From the human T2T-CHM13v2.0 reference genome, Homo sapiens, in assembly GCF_009914755.1 (NCBI RefSeq), contig NC_060947.1: 64,000 bases of DNA; one strand, 5' to 3'. The notes beneath the pieces were generated by a model, which was not told where the DNA came from, searched no databases, and worked only from the letters and a program-made list of their open reading frames with translations. Positions 44,061-55,789 of the stretch are shown here, one piece after another (position 1 is the first letter of the stretch; the number at the start of each line of letters is the position of its first letter). The translations under genes were made by a program, and so were the position numbers.

Positions 44061-45769
44061 AAATGTAGATCACTACATGCTAAGTAAATTAAATTGCTAG
44101 TATTTAGCTATTTTGCCATTTCTACTGTTCTGAATCATAACATGAGACAGAAACTACCAGAGAATAAGAGAAGGAAAACATCTCCTCTCTTGTTCCTTGC
44201 TTTCCTCTCTACATCTATGCACAGTGGCTGAAATAGAGAGATTGATTACATAAGATATAATCCTTTTTCCCAGTAAGAAAGTAGTTTCTCAGTCACTTTA
44301 TTACTTGGCTTGAAGCATCTTCTCTTTCTTCTGATCAATACTTTAACTGAACGTTACGTAAAATGAAATTTACATTTAAGTGTTCCCTTAGCAACCATCA
44401 CACAAAACCAAATACATCTGCTTTCAGAATCCACTTCTCTTTTGAAAATCCTTATAGTTACACAATTTTCTTCTATTAGCAAAAATGGCTTTCTAAATGG
44501 GCTACCATCTCTTTCAAAACAAAGTGTTTTAAAAGCCATATTTAAATATAATGTATGGGATTTTAGAATAGAGATATGAAATGGTGTCACCAAAACTTTT
44601 CTTCATTTGTTTAATCAATCAGTCAATTAATAAACATTTATTAGTACCTATAGGTGCTATGTCAGGTACTGTGGGTTACAAAGATGACAAATATATGGTC
44701 CTTTGCTCTTATAAAGGTTATAATGGAACACCTACAGCAAAGTATAATACAGTGCTTAAAATGATGATACACAGTAAATGTTGTGGGAACACACATACAT
44801 ATGGGTTTGCTATAATTTGTTATAACAATCTTTAACATGTATTGGAATGAATCTAAGAAATATCAGCTGTCAGCTTTTGCTGATCTAATCCCAGAAGTGA
44901 ATTCTGAAGATATAAAATGTCTTTGTATTGGTGAGTGCTCACATTGTCATAGGAATCTGGAAAAATCATAAAAGTGCCGTGAGGAACTGTCAGTTACTAT
45001 GTGCTACATAAAGTCAATGTGCAGTTCACAGAGGGATTTCCGGACTTTAATTTTTCAGTAAATGTGATGTCCTTGCCAAGAGAGAACATGGAATACTGAA
45101 AGGATGTGAAATGTTCAAAGATTACTGTGATTAAAATAACATTTAAAATAGTATGCTTTCTTCAAAATAGGGAAGGAGGAATCTATGCCCAAGTCCACAA
45201 TAGGGAGTTTTAAACTGTTAAAATCCACATTCACAGGCCCTTTAGTCTTTTGTAATCCTGTTCAGAATTCCTTAGATGTTCTGTAGGACAGTAGCAATTC
45301 TAAAGTGCATGTGAGCCTGCCTCAGGCTATTAAGACTAGTGGTGCTTTGACTTCTCCAAGCAAATATCTTCTTTGCTAGTATAGGTAATTTATGCGTTTT
45401 TTTCCTCAGCATGTATTTACTCATTACTATTATACTTAGGGTAAAAACTGTGTTTCTTACTATAGTCTACAAAGCTCTGCATGGTCTGGTTTCCACTTGA
45501 CTTCCCAACCTCATTCTATACATTTCTCTGTTTTGCATTTCAAGCTCCATCAAGACTAAGCTACTTGTAGTTCCTGAAACACAGCATGTTGTTTTAGGTT
45601 TCTAAGCTGTAACTCACACTTCTCTTTATGCTTGGATTGTTCTGCTGCAACTTTGATTAATCCATTAATTATATAAGATTTAGCTCAATTACCGACTCCT
45701 CCAGACTGCCTTTGTTTACCCTTCATCTTCATATATTGGGTAACACAGTCTCCTTCTCTGTTCCCATAG

Positions 45770-46183
45770 TTTCACTCGTGTCCGTGTGAAGAGACCACCA
45801 AACAGGCTTTGTGTGAGCAACAAGGCTGTTTATTTCACCTGGGTGCAGGCGGGCTGAGTCCGAAAAGAGAGTCAGCAAAGGGAGATAGGGGTGGGGCCGT
45901 TTTATAAGATTTGGGTAGGTTAAGGAAAATTACAGTCAAAGGGGCTTGTTCTCTGGCGGGCAGGAGTGGGGGTCACAAGGTGCTCAGTGTGGGAGCTTTT
46001 TGAGCCAGGATGAGCCAGGAGAAGGAATTTCACAAGGTAATGTCATCAGTTAAGGCAAGGACCGGCCATTTTCACTTCTTTTGTGGTGGAATGTCATCAG
46101 TTAAGGCAGGAACTGGCCATCTGGATGTGTACCTGCAGGTCACAGGGGATATGATGGCTTAGCTTGGGTTCAGAGGCCGGACA
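45770..46183 (-). promoter_or_regulatory. HERV-H 3' LTR7 (414 bp, two U3 repeat units)
   Basis: Minus strand TGTCCGGCCTCTGAACCCAAGCTAAGCC...TGAAA, with TATA (CTTATAAAA), GC/GT box and AATAAA. PPT AAGAAGACAGGAA at 46184-46196. Confidence 0.95.
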
Positions 46184-46401
46184 TTCCTGTCTTCTTATAT
46201 TAATAAGAAAAATAAAACAAAATAGTGGTAAAGTGTTGGGGCAGCGAAAATTTTTGGGGTTGGTATGGAGAGATAATGGGCGATGTTTCTCAGGGCTGCT
46301 TTGAGTGGGATTAGGGGCGGCGTGGGAACTTACAGTGGGAGAGATTAAGCTGAAGGGAGATTTTGTGGTAAGGGGTGATATTGTGTTAGAAGAAACATTT
46401 G

Positions 46402-46721
46402 TCATATAGAATGATTGGTGATGGCCTGGATACGGTTTTGGATGAATTGAGAAACTAAACGGAAGATACAAGGTCTGGATAAAAGAAGGAGAAAAATAGG
46501 TATTAAAGGACTAAGAATTGGGAGGACCCAGGACATCCAATTAGAGAGTGAATAAGGGGGTTCAGCATAATTACTTGCTTGGTTGGCAAGTTTTTGGGCC
46601 CTATCCTTGAGTTTTTTTATGTTGTCATACAACAGGCCAGATTGATTTAGGTAAAAACAACACTCTTCATTTAAGAATATACAGAGTCCTCCTTTTTCAG
46701 CAGTGAGTAAGTCAAGGCCTC
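46402..46721 (-). pseudogene. env: HERV-H env TM remnant (part of the immunosuppressive domain, CX6CC motif, membrane anchor)
   Basis: ORF 46402-46761: RGLDLLTAEKGGLCIFLNEECCFY...WVLPILSPLIPIFLLLL. Confidence 0.9.
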
Positions 46722-47700
46722 TGAAAGTATTAGGGCAGTGGCAGCCGCTGCATGGAGACATGGTGGCCAGCCTGAAACAGTAAGGTCAAGTTGTTTGGAC
46801 AAAAAGGCTACAGGACACGATCCTGGTCCTTGTGTAAAAATTCCGACTGCACAGCCCTGCACTTCGGCTGTGTGTAATGAAAAGGGTTGGGATGAGTCAG
46901 GGAGAGCTAGGGTGGCGGCAGTCTTTAAAGCTGTCTTCAAGGAACGGAAAGAGGTGTGGGAAAAGGATTTAGGATCTATGGGGTCAGCTAGGTTTCTTTT
47001 TGTGAGTTTATATAATGGTTTTGTTAGGATGGCAAAACCAGGTATCTAAAGTCGAAAGTATCTAACCACGCCTAGGAAGGAAAGGAGTTGTTGTTTTGTA
47101 GAAGGTGTTGGGGTTTGAGAGATCAGTTGGACACGATTGGCAGGGAGAGCACGTGTGTTTTTATGAAGAATTATGCCGAGATAGGTAACAGATGAGGAAG
47201 AAATTTGGGCTTGATTGAAGTAATGGGGGCTGTCTGTGAAGCCTTGCGGCAGCCCAGGTAATTTGCTGAGCCTGATGGGTGTTAGGGTCAGTCCAAGTGA
47301 AAGCGAAGAGAGGCTGGGATGAAGGGTGCAAAGGAATAGTAGAGAAAGCACGTTTGAGATCCAGAACAGAGTAATGGGTTGTGGAGGGAGGTATTGAGGA
47401 TAGGAGAGTATATGGGTTTGGCACCAGGGGGTGGATAGGCAAAACAATTTGGTTGATAAGGTGCAGATCCTGAACTAACCTGTAAGCCTTGTCCGGTTTT
47501 TGGACAGGTGAAATGGGGGAATTGTAAGGAGAGTTTATAGGTTTTAGAAGCCCATGCTGTAGCAGGGAGTGATAACAGGCTTTAATCCTTTTAAAGTGTG
47601 CTGTGGGATGGGATATTGGCGTTGAGCCGGGTAAGGGTGATTAGGTTTTAATGGGATGGTAATGGGCTGTGATCGGTTGCCAGGGAGGGGGTAGAGATGT
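46722..47700 (-). pseudogene. pol: HERV-H pol remnant (RT and connection region; frameshifted; RNase H and integrase absent)
   Basis: VPNPYTLLS, VLDLKRAFSTIPLHP, LPQGFTDSPHYF, YLG, LLSFLG and ALPDSSQPFSLHT occur in different frames. No YVDD seen. Confidence 0.9.
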
Positions 47701-47719
47701 CCTATACTTGTGGGTTAAG

Positions 47720-48082
47720 CTAGGGGGATACGAGAGGAAGACTCAAAGGAGGCTTTGGGTTGGGAAGAATGGTGGCAATGAGATGTGGCTGTACTCCAGG
47801 AATAGTCAGGGAAGCAGATAATTTGGTTAAAATATCTCGGCCTAATAAGGGAGCTGGGCAGGTGGGGATAACTAAAAAAGAGTGCATAAAAGAATGTTGT
47901 CCAAGTTGGCACCAGAGTGGGGGAGTTTTAAGGGGTTTAGAAGCCTGGCCATCAATACTTACAACAGTTATGGAGGCAAGGGAAACAGGCCCTTGAAAAG
48001 AAGGTAATGTGGAGTGGGTAGCCTCCCTATTGATTAAGAAGGGGAGGGACTTACCTTCCACTGTGAGAGTTACCCAGAGCAT
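47720..48082 (-). pseudogene. pro: HERV-H protease remnant
   Basis: VTLTVEGK..FLINREATHS (catalytic DTG lost)...CPAPLLGRDIL. Confidence 0.9.
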
Positions 48083-48149
48083 CTGTGATGGTCCTGTAGG
48101 CTTCCTAGGCGATTCGGCAGTATCAGTCTTCAGCTGCTAAGCCGAGATC

Positions 48150-49372
48150 TGGGAAGGAGTCAGTCAGAGAGCCTTGGGCCAGAGTTCCAGGGGCTCTGGA
48201 AGTGGCTGCCAGGTGAGTTGAACAGTCCGATTTTCAGTGGGGTCCTGCACAGATGGGAAACAGCTTAGGAGGAATACCAGGCTGTGGGCATTCCTTGGCC
48301 CAGTGGCCAGATTTCTGGCACTTGTGGCAAGCTCCTGGGGGAGGAGGTTCTGGAGGAATGCCTGGCTGCTGCGGTTTAGGCGTTTGGAAGTTCTTGTGTG
48401 CTGGAGATATGGCTGGGGTTTGTCTCACAGTGGAGGCAACGAATTGTAACTCAGAAATACATTGCTACTTGGCTGCCTCTACTCTATTATTGTACACCTT
48501 GAAGGCAAGGTTAAGTCCTGTTGTGGGTTTGAGGGCCGGAATTTAATTTTTGGAGTTTTATTTAATGTCAGGAGCGGATTGGGTAATAAAATGTATATTG
48601 AGAATAAGACGGCCTTTTGACCTTTTAGGGTCTAGGGCTGTAAAGCATCTCAGGGTTGCTGCTGAATGAGCCATGAACTGGACTGGGTTTTTCATATTTG
48701 ATGAAAGAGCCTAAACGCTAATTGACTTGGGAGAGGTCGAATAAAGAAGGAGCATTAACCTTGACTGTGCCTTTAGCTCCAGCCACCTTTTTAAGAGGAA
48801 ATTGCTGGGCAGGTGGGGGAGGGCTAGTCGTGGAATGAAACTGTAAGCCAGACCAGGTGTGAGGAGGGGAGGTGATAAAAGGATTATAGGGTGGGGGAGC
48901 AGAGGCTGAGGAAGAATTGGGACCTGGCTCAGCCTGGCGAGGAGCAGCCTGGGGAGGAGGGGAGGGGTCAGATGGGTCTGTAGAAAAGGAAGACTAGAAA
49001 GACTCAGCAACGCTTGGGGTTGGGACTGAGGGGACAGGCGGGAGGGAAAGAAGGAGGATTTGGGATGAGTCACATTGGGGACAGAGACTAGGGAGGGAAC
49101 AATGTGTAAAAGAATGCCTGGATGTTAGGCACCTCAGACCGTTTGCCCATTTTACGACAAGAATTACCTAGATCTTGTAGGGTGGAAAAATCGAAAGTGC
49201 CATTTTCTGGCTATTTGGAACCACTGTCAAGTTTGTATTGGGGTCAAGCGGCATTGTAGAAGAAAATAAGGCATTTAGGTTTTAGGTCAGGTGTGAGTTG
49301 AAGAGGTTTTAAATTCTTGAGAACACAGGCTAAGGGAGAAGGAGGAGGAATGGAGGGTGGAAGGCTGCCCAT
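48150..49372 (-). pseudogene. gag: HERV-H gag remnant with NC zinc knuckle
   Basis: MGSLPPSIPPPSPLACVLKNL start; CHKCQKSGHWAKEC (CX2CX4HX4C) in ORF 48234-48428. Multiple stops and frameshifts. Confidence 0.85.
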
Positions 49373-49404
49373 AGTGAAGGAGGCAAGCCTAGAGGAAAGA
49401 GAGA

Positions 49405-49691
49405 GTAGAGAGACGGAGAGAAGGGGTGGGGGGTGCTTGCCTTTTAGGAAAGTGGAGAAGGAGTAGAGACACGGAGAGAAGGGGTCGGGGGGTTCTTGCC
49501 TTCCAGAAAAGCAGAGAAGGGGTAGAGACATGGAGAGAAGGGGTCGGGGGGTTCTTGCCCCTTAGAAAAGCGGAGAAGGGGTAGAGACATGGAGAGAAGG
49601 GGTCAGGGGGTTCTTGCCTCCTAGAAAAGCGGAGAAGGGTAGAGACACAGAGAGAAGGGGTCGGGGGGTTCTTGCCCCCTGGAAAAGCGGT
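49405..49691. repeat. Five-copy 58-59-bp tandem repeat in the HERV-H leader
   Basis: Units start at 49405, 49463, 49522, 49581 and 49639. Consensus GTAGAGACACGGAGAGAAGGGGTCGGGGGGTTCTTGCCCCTAGAAAAGCGGAGAAGGG. Confidence 0.93.
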
Positions 49692-49987
49692 ACTTGCCGG
49701 TAAGGGTGAAGGACTAAAGCAGGCATCCTTGCCTGGTCAGACACCTCTGAAATGTGGGTCAGGCATCCCCGCGTGATTAAACACCAAGGGAAGCCTGTCT
49801 TTCCAAGTCTGTGACTGGCGCCGGAGTTTTGGGTCTACGGATAAAATGTGTCTCCCTTTGTCTCTACCAGAAAAGGAAAGGAACTGAAATTAAGAGAAGG
49901 GAGAAATTGAAGTGTGGCGCCAAGATTGATAGGAGAAAGAGGTTGAGGGATAGTGAGAGAGGTTGGAGAAGAGAGTAAAAAGAGGCC

Positions 49988-49996
49988 ACTTACCTG
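49988..49996 (-). promoter_or_regulatory. HERV-H leader splice donor, perfect consensus
   Basis: Plus ACTTACCTG = minus CAG|GTAAGT, about 150 nt downstream of the 5' LTR. Confidence 0.75.
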
Positions 49997-50120
49997 ATTT
50001 AAAATTGGTGTGATGTTCCTTGGGCTGGTCGGTCTGAGGACTTGAGGTCATAGGTGGATCTTTCTTATGGAGCAAAGAGCAGGAGGACAGGGAACTGATC
50101 TCCCAAGGGAGGTTCCCCTG

Positions 50121-50138
50121 ATCCAAGTCACGGCACCA
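50121..50138 (-). other. Primer-binding site for tRNA-His
   Basis: Minus TGGTGCCGTGACTTGGAT versus canonical TGGTGCCGTGACTCGGAT, adjacent to the 5' LTR. Confidence 0.93.
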
Positions 50139-50141
50139 AAA

Positions 50142-50504
50142 TTTCACTCACGTCCGTGCGAAGAGACCACCAAACAGGCTTTGTGTGAGCAACAAGGCTG
50201 TTTATTTCACCTGGGTGCAGGCGGGCTGAGTCTGAAAAGAGAGTCAGCAAAGGGAGATAGGGGTGGGGCCGTTTTATAAGATTTGGGTAGGTAAAGGAAA
50301 ATTACAGTCAAAGGGGGTTGTTCTCTGGCAGGCAGGAGTGGGGGTCACAAGGTGCTCAGTCGGGGAGCTTTTTGAGCCAGGATGAGCCAGGAGAAGGAAT
50401 TTCACAAGGTAATGTCATCAGTTAAGGCAGGAACCGGCCATCTGGATGTGTACGTCCTGGTCACAGGAGATATGATGGCTTAGCTTGGGCTCAGAGGCCT
50501 GACA
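50142..50504 (-). promoter_or_regulatory. HERV-H 5' LTR7 (363 bp, one U3 repeat unit)
   Basis: Minus TGTCAGGCCTCTGAGCCCAAGCTAAGCC...TGAAA. Colinear with the 3' LTR except for one 51-bp unit. Confidence 0.95.
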
Positions 50505-51449
50505 TCATAGCATCTTGTAATCATATCTGGTACCTCTCTCTCAGAAATTTAAACTTGGCTCAAATCTCCAATTTTATAACTTGTGTCACTTGAGTGCCCT
50601 CCCCATGATCTCTATAAATTCCCAGTTTTACTTCCTGATGTTTGCTATTGTCTCCATTTTGGGGTCCACACAGATTCTTGGGTTTTGCTTAGTACTAAAT
50701 GTAAAAACCAAACTACTCTTCTTTAATGTATTCTACAAAAAATAAAGTCACATCAAGCATATGATACATTTTTTAAGATTTATTAAATATTTGCAGGGTC
50801 ATAGAGAGGAATGAGGTCTCTCACTGTATAACATTTTTCCGTCTTGCTTGTTCCCTCTCATGATTACCTTCCTTCCAAAACCTTTTCTCCTAACAAGTGA
50901 TCCTCTCAGCAATATTTAGCTCTCTGGAAAATGTGTGATAATCTACTTTCATCCGACTTACATGCCACCCTCACTTTTTTCTTTTCTGAAGACTGGCTTC
51001 TCAAAGCCCACTGGCTTTTCCCAACTCCTCTAGAATTTAGGGAAATTATTTTTTCTTAATCTCTGTATCCTTATCCCAAAAATTTTAAGGTTACATTTAA
51101 AAGGTTTGCTTCCATATTTCTCTCTTCCATTGTGAGGAAGGAAGAGAACTGATTTGTTCTATTCATTGCTGTATCCCTAGTGTTTAGCACAATGCTTAAC
51201 ATATAATAGGTTCTTAATAAATGTATGATGAACTGTCTTTTGAACACATCTTAGAAAGCTTTGAGCTAGTGCTCATGCTAATGTTTTCAAGGATTATGCG
51301 TCTGGTCTGTGGGTAAGCCATTTCCTTTTGTTCGGTTCTGTAGTCAAAGTTTATACCACAAAGTCATGTTAACTTATACTTTGTAAGCACAATATGTATC
51401 CTCTGCCCTATGTAGTAAAAATAGATGAAAAGGACTGAGAAAAGCTACC

Positions 51450-51680
51450 TAATAAAAACAAGCACTGTTTTAAGCACTTTATGCATATTATCTTGTGTTC
51501 TCACAACACCTGTGAAGTAGATATTATCGTCTCTATTTTCCAAATAAGGAAGTTGAGGCACAGTGAGGTTAGGTAACTTGTTGAAAATCACATACCTAAT
51601 AAGTAGAATAAGTTGAATTTAAGGCTAGACAGTCTATTCTAAGAGCCCTGCTCTCTTAGTTACTATGCAATATTGCCTTC
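51450..51680 (-). mobile_element. MIR
   Basis: CTCACAACACCTGTGAAGTAGATATTATC...GAAGTTGAGGCACAGTGAGGTTAGGTAACTTG. Confidence 0.8.
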
Positions 51681-52589
51681 AGAGCACAAGAATTGGGTTT
51701 TCAGGTACAGATTATAAAGGCTTAGCGTTAGAAAATGTAAACTTCATAAGGCCTAGAATAATCAGAGAATTCTGCATGAAAGAAATGTACATTGAAAGGC
51801 AAACCGATTTCTATTTTTCGTTTAACTCCATTTGGCCAGATTTTCTTGCTGCCACGAGCCAATTTATGCAAAATTATAACCTTTAGATTGATGGCCAACA
51901 AAAGCCAAAGTGGTTGGCACCAGATGGATCACCTGACCTATCTGCTACTGTGTGAGCCTTTTCAAGTAGTTTTTATATTCTTGGAATTGGCATGATGGTA
52001 CTAGGTCACCTGGTTTGTCTGAGTTTCAAAGGGATGAGAAATGCCTTGGCATTTACAACTGAAAAACAAAATTCAACTGGTCATCTGTTATCTCTTTGGT
52101 GATGCTTATCAGGGTTCAGATTTTAGTACCAAGGAATGTTAAAGCCAGTTTGACATTTTAAGTTATTTGCAATTCCTACAAAAGTGCTCATACTCAGAAA
52201 GTCTCTCTTCTAAATATTCAGCTAAAATATTTTAAAATATAAAAATATTTCATAATTTACCCTTAAATATGCCGAAATGTAACTCAAAGATAATCTAACT
52301 TTTCTTATTTAGGAATATGTATATATTCCTAAGTGTGCTACAAAGGAGAAAAGAGAGAAAATAATTTTAAATTAAATATGTATTAGATATGTAGATGCTC
52401 ACGTACTTCTACACTTGAAGTTAAAATAGTCACTTGTACTCACACATAGAAAACTATAGATACAACATCTACACTTGCAAACTGTAGAGTGGTGTGCTGA
52501 TAACTTTAATGCAATGAGCTTTATTGTCATTTGTGAGATAACTGTCTTAACTGGTGAACAATTCTTCCTTATGTTGTGGAAAAAAAAAA

Positions 52590-53794
52590 AAACTGGACCC
52601 TTTCCTTACACCATAAACAAAAATTAACCCAAGATGGACTAGAGACTTAAATGTAAAACCCAAAACTATAAAAGTCCTGGAAGACAATCTAGGCAATACC
52701 ATTCAAGACACAGGAACTGGCAAAGATTTCATGATGAAGATGGCAAAAGCAATTGCAACAAAAGCAAAAATTGGCAAGTTGGTTCTAATTAAACTAAGGT
52801 GCTACTGCACAGCAAAGAAAACTATCAACAGAGAAAACAGACATCCTATAGAATGGGAAAAAATATTTGCAAACTATGTATCTGACAAAGGTCTAAAATC
52901 TAGCATCTCTAAGGAACTTAAGCAAGTTTATAAGAAAAATACAAACAACACCATTAAAAAGTGGGCAAAAGACATGAACAGACACTTTACAAAAGAAGAT
53001 ATAGATGCAGCCAACAATCATAGGAGAAAAAAGCTCAACATCACTGATCATTAGAGAAATACAAATCAAAACCACAATGAGATACCATCTCACACCAGTC
53101 AGAATGGCTATTATTAAAAAGTCAAAAAATAACAGACACTGGCAAGGTTGCAGAGAAAAAGGAATGCTTATACACTGTTGGTGGGAGTATAAATTAGTTC
53201 AACCATTGTGGAAGACAGTGTGGCAATCCCTCAAAGACCTAAAAACATAACTACCATTCTACCCAGCAATCCCATTACTTGGTATATACCCAAAGGAATA
53301 TAAATTATTCTATTTTAAAGACACATGCACATATTCATTGCAGCACTATTCACAATAGCAAAGACATGAAATGAACCTAAATGCTAATCAATGATAGACT
53401 GGATAAAAAAATGTGGTACATGGACACCATGGAATACTATGCAGCAATAAAAAAGAATGAGATGATGTTCTTTGCAGGGACATGGATGGAACTGGAGGCC
53501 ATTATTCTTGGCAAATTAATGCAGGAACAGAAAACCAAATACTGCATGTTCTCACTTATAAGTGGGAGCTAAATGATGAAAACACATGGACACAGAGAGA
53601 GGAACAACACACACTGGGGCCTGTCAGAGAGTGGAGGGTGGGAGAAAGGAGAGGATCAGGAGAAATAACTAATGGGTACTAGACGTAATACCTGGGTGAT
53701 AAAATAATCTGTACACAAGCCCCCATGACACAAGTTTACCTATATAACAAACCTTCATGTGTACCTTTGAACTTAAAATAAAAATTAAAAAAAA
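52590..53794 (+). mobile_element. 5'-truncated L1PA13-like LINE
   Basis: Frameshifted ORF2 C-terminus (ORFs 52731-53572). 3' UTR AGGATCAGGAGAAATAACTAATGGGTACTAG...CTTAAAATAAAAATTAAAAAAAA. Confidence 0.9.
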
Positions 53795-53984
53795 GTTTTC
53801 ATTGGCGTGAATATCTGGTGAGGTATCCAAAGATAGGGAGGAACATGGTCACATTGATTCTTGGTTGTGTGGTTGTATAGGAAGTCCAGCAACCCTTACC
53901 CACTCCTGTAACTATCTCTTTCCTCCCCAGTAAAAAAGACTTTAAGCCAAGAAAAATGACTAGAGTTTAAACAAATATATATAA

Positions 53985-55250
53985 CAATAAAAGCATCCTT
54001 CACCCAGAAAGATATACCAATTTAAAATTTGTATGTACCTAATAACATAGCCCATAAATATAGAAAGTAAAAGTTTACGAAAATGCAAGGGAAATTTTGC
54101 AAATACACTATCATAGTGAGATATTTTACATACCTCTCAGTATATAACAGAATAAGAAGATAAATGATCAGTAATGATATAAAATATTGAACCATATAAT
54201 TAATAATTTGACCTAATAGAAATACATACAGTAGTGTACTGGAGTCAGCTCATACTGGCTTGTGAGAGTCACATGTGTGCATCTCTTCCCAACTTCACAT
54301 TTATTATATCATGTTGTCAGCTTGAAATTGACTATGATGGGAGAATTCACACTATGAAAAATTGGTCCAAGAGTATATGATTTCTGGGTATCTGTGCGTT
54401 TTTTTTTGTTTGTTTGTTTGAGAGCCAGTCAACCATTTATCAGCATTCCACTGCATGTACAAAGCACTGAACTTATGACTTGCTGACTACACATTCTTTT
54501 CAATTACATATGGAAATCCTTCCCAAATTGACCATATGCTGGTCCATAAGGCAAATATGAATAAATTTCAACAAATTTAAATTATACAAAATGTGTTGTT
54601 TGGTCTCAATGAAATCAAGCTAGAAATCAATAAGAAAATGATAACCAGAAAATTATGAAACATTAGCAAAATATGCAATATATTACTTTATAATTTATAG
54701 GTCAAAGAAACATAGTGTGAATTAGAAAATGTTTTGAACTGAATGATAATGAAAGTATATATCAATACTTGTGAAATGTAGTTTAAGCTGTGGTTAGAGG
54801 CACATTTGTAGCTACTAATACATTACAAAGAAGATAGTAAAAGTTAATGATATAGACATCTATTTCAAGAAGGTAGAAAAGAATCAGCAAATTAAAATCA
54901 AGGAATATAGAAGAAAGTAAATAATAAAGATAAGAGCAGAAATTGGATAGAAAACAAATGTACAGAAACAAATGTAGAGAAATTCTGCAAAGCCAAAGGT
55001 TGGTTTAAAAGGACAAATTAAGTGATAAACTTCTACCAATATTGTCCAAGAAAATAATCATTGTCTTTATGACAAGGAGAAAGGCACAAATAAAATCAGA
55101 CATGAAAATAGGAAAATCCAAATTGATACTTCAAATGTAAAAAATATCTGAACAACTTTATAACAGTAAATTTGAAAATTTAAATGGTATAAACAAATTC
55201 CTAGGAAAATAACTTATCAAAACTGACAGAAGAAATAGAAAATTATACCT
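53985..55250 (+). mobile_element. Old L1M ORF2 (endonuclease region) fossil
   Basis: A-rich decayed ORF2: TATGTACCTAATAACA, ATTGACCATATGCTGGTCCATAA, AAGCTAGAAATCAATAA. Confidence 0.75.
54229..54453. mobile_element. MER63-like hAT-Blackjack MITE nested in L1M
   Basis: CAGTAGTGTACTGGAGTCAGCTCATACTGGCTTGTGAGAG...TCAGCATTCCACTG TIRs. Confidence 0.7.
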
Positions 55251-55406
55251 GCATATCATCTTATACCTAATAACGTGGTTGTATTGTTGTGTACTTATTA
55301 TTTTCTGCTGATTTTTTCACTTATCAGTATTATATATACAATTGCATATAAAATCACATTCCTCACGCTTGTTACTTTTAATGTCTATAGAAAGCCTCTT
55401 TGTTAC

Positions 55407-55781
55407 TGATATGATTTGGCTGTGTCCCCTCTCACATCTCATCTTGAATTGTAATCCTCATAATCCTCACGTGTTGAGGGAGGGACCCAGTGGGAAGTGA
55501 TTGGATCATGGTAGCAGTCTCCCCCATGCTGTTCTCGTGATAGTGAGGGAGTTCTCATGAGAGCTGATGGTTTTATAAGGTGCTCTTCCCCCTTTGCTTC
55601 CTTCATACTTCTCTCTCCTGCCACTTTGTGAAGAAGGTGCCTGCTTCCCCTTCCACCACCATTCTAAGTTTCCTGAGGCCTCCCCAGCCATGCGGAACTG
55701 TGGGTCAATTATACCTCTTTCCTTTGTAAATTACCCAGTCTCAGGTATTTCTTTATTGCAGTGTGAGAATGGACTAATAGA
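55407..55781 (+). mobile_element. THE1D-type MaLR solo LTR
   Basis: TGATATGATTTGGCTGTGTCCCC...GGACTAATAGA. Perfect 5-bp TSD GTTAC at 55402-55406 and 55782-55786. Confidence 0.93.
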
Positions 55782-55789
55782 GTTACCAT

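Larger units (their letters stand above)
45770..50504 (-). mobile_element. HERV-H provirus (LTR7-type), internally deleted, 4735 bp
   Basis: Two LTRs, His-tRNA PBS, PPT and gag/pro/pol/env remnants. Flanking direct repeat CCATAG (45764-45769) / TCATAG (50505-50510). Appears inserted in an L2. Confidence 0.97.

Noticed and set aside
47720-48082. Open HERV-H protease frame as a functional enzyme
   Set aside because: The catalytic Asp motif is absent (NRE instead of DTG), and the surrounding gag and pol are frameshifted.
49405-49691. Regularly spaced repeats resembling a CRISPR array
   Set aside because: Head-to-tail units without unique spacers, inside a HERV-H leader in primate DNA, with no cas genes.
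50121-50138. tRNA-His-complementary sequence as a tRNA gene
   Set aside because: Only 18 nt; it is the retroviral primer-binding site.
52309-52332. 10-bp-arm hairpin TTAGGAATAT-GTAT-ATATTCCTAA
   Set aside because: Expected by chance in 64 kb of AT-rich DNA.
52580-52592. Poly(A) run at the 5' junction of the L1PA13-like element as a processed-pseudogene tail
   Set aside because: No mRNA-like sequence upstream. More simply an A-rich target site or an expanded L1 A run.
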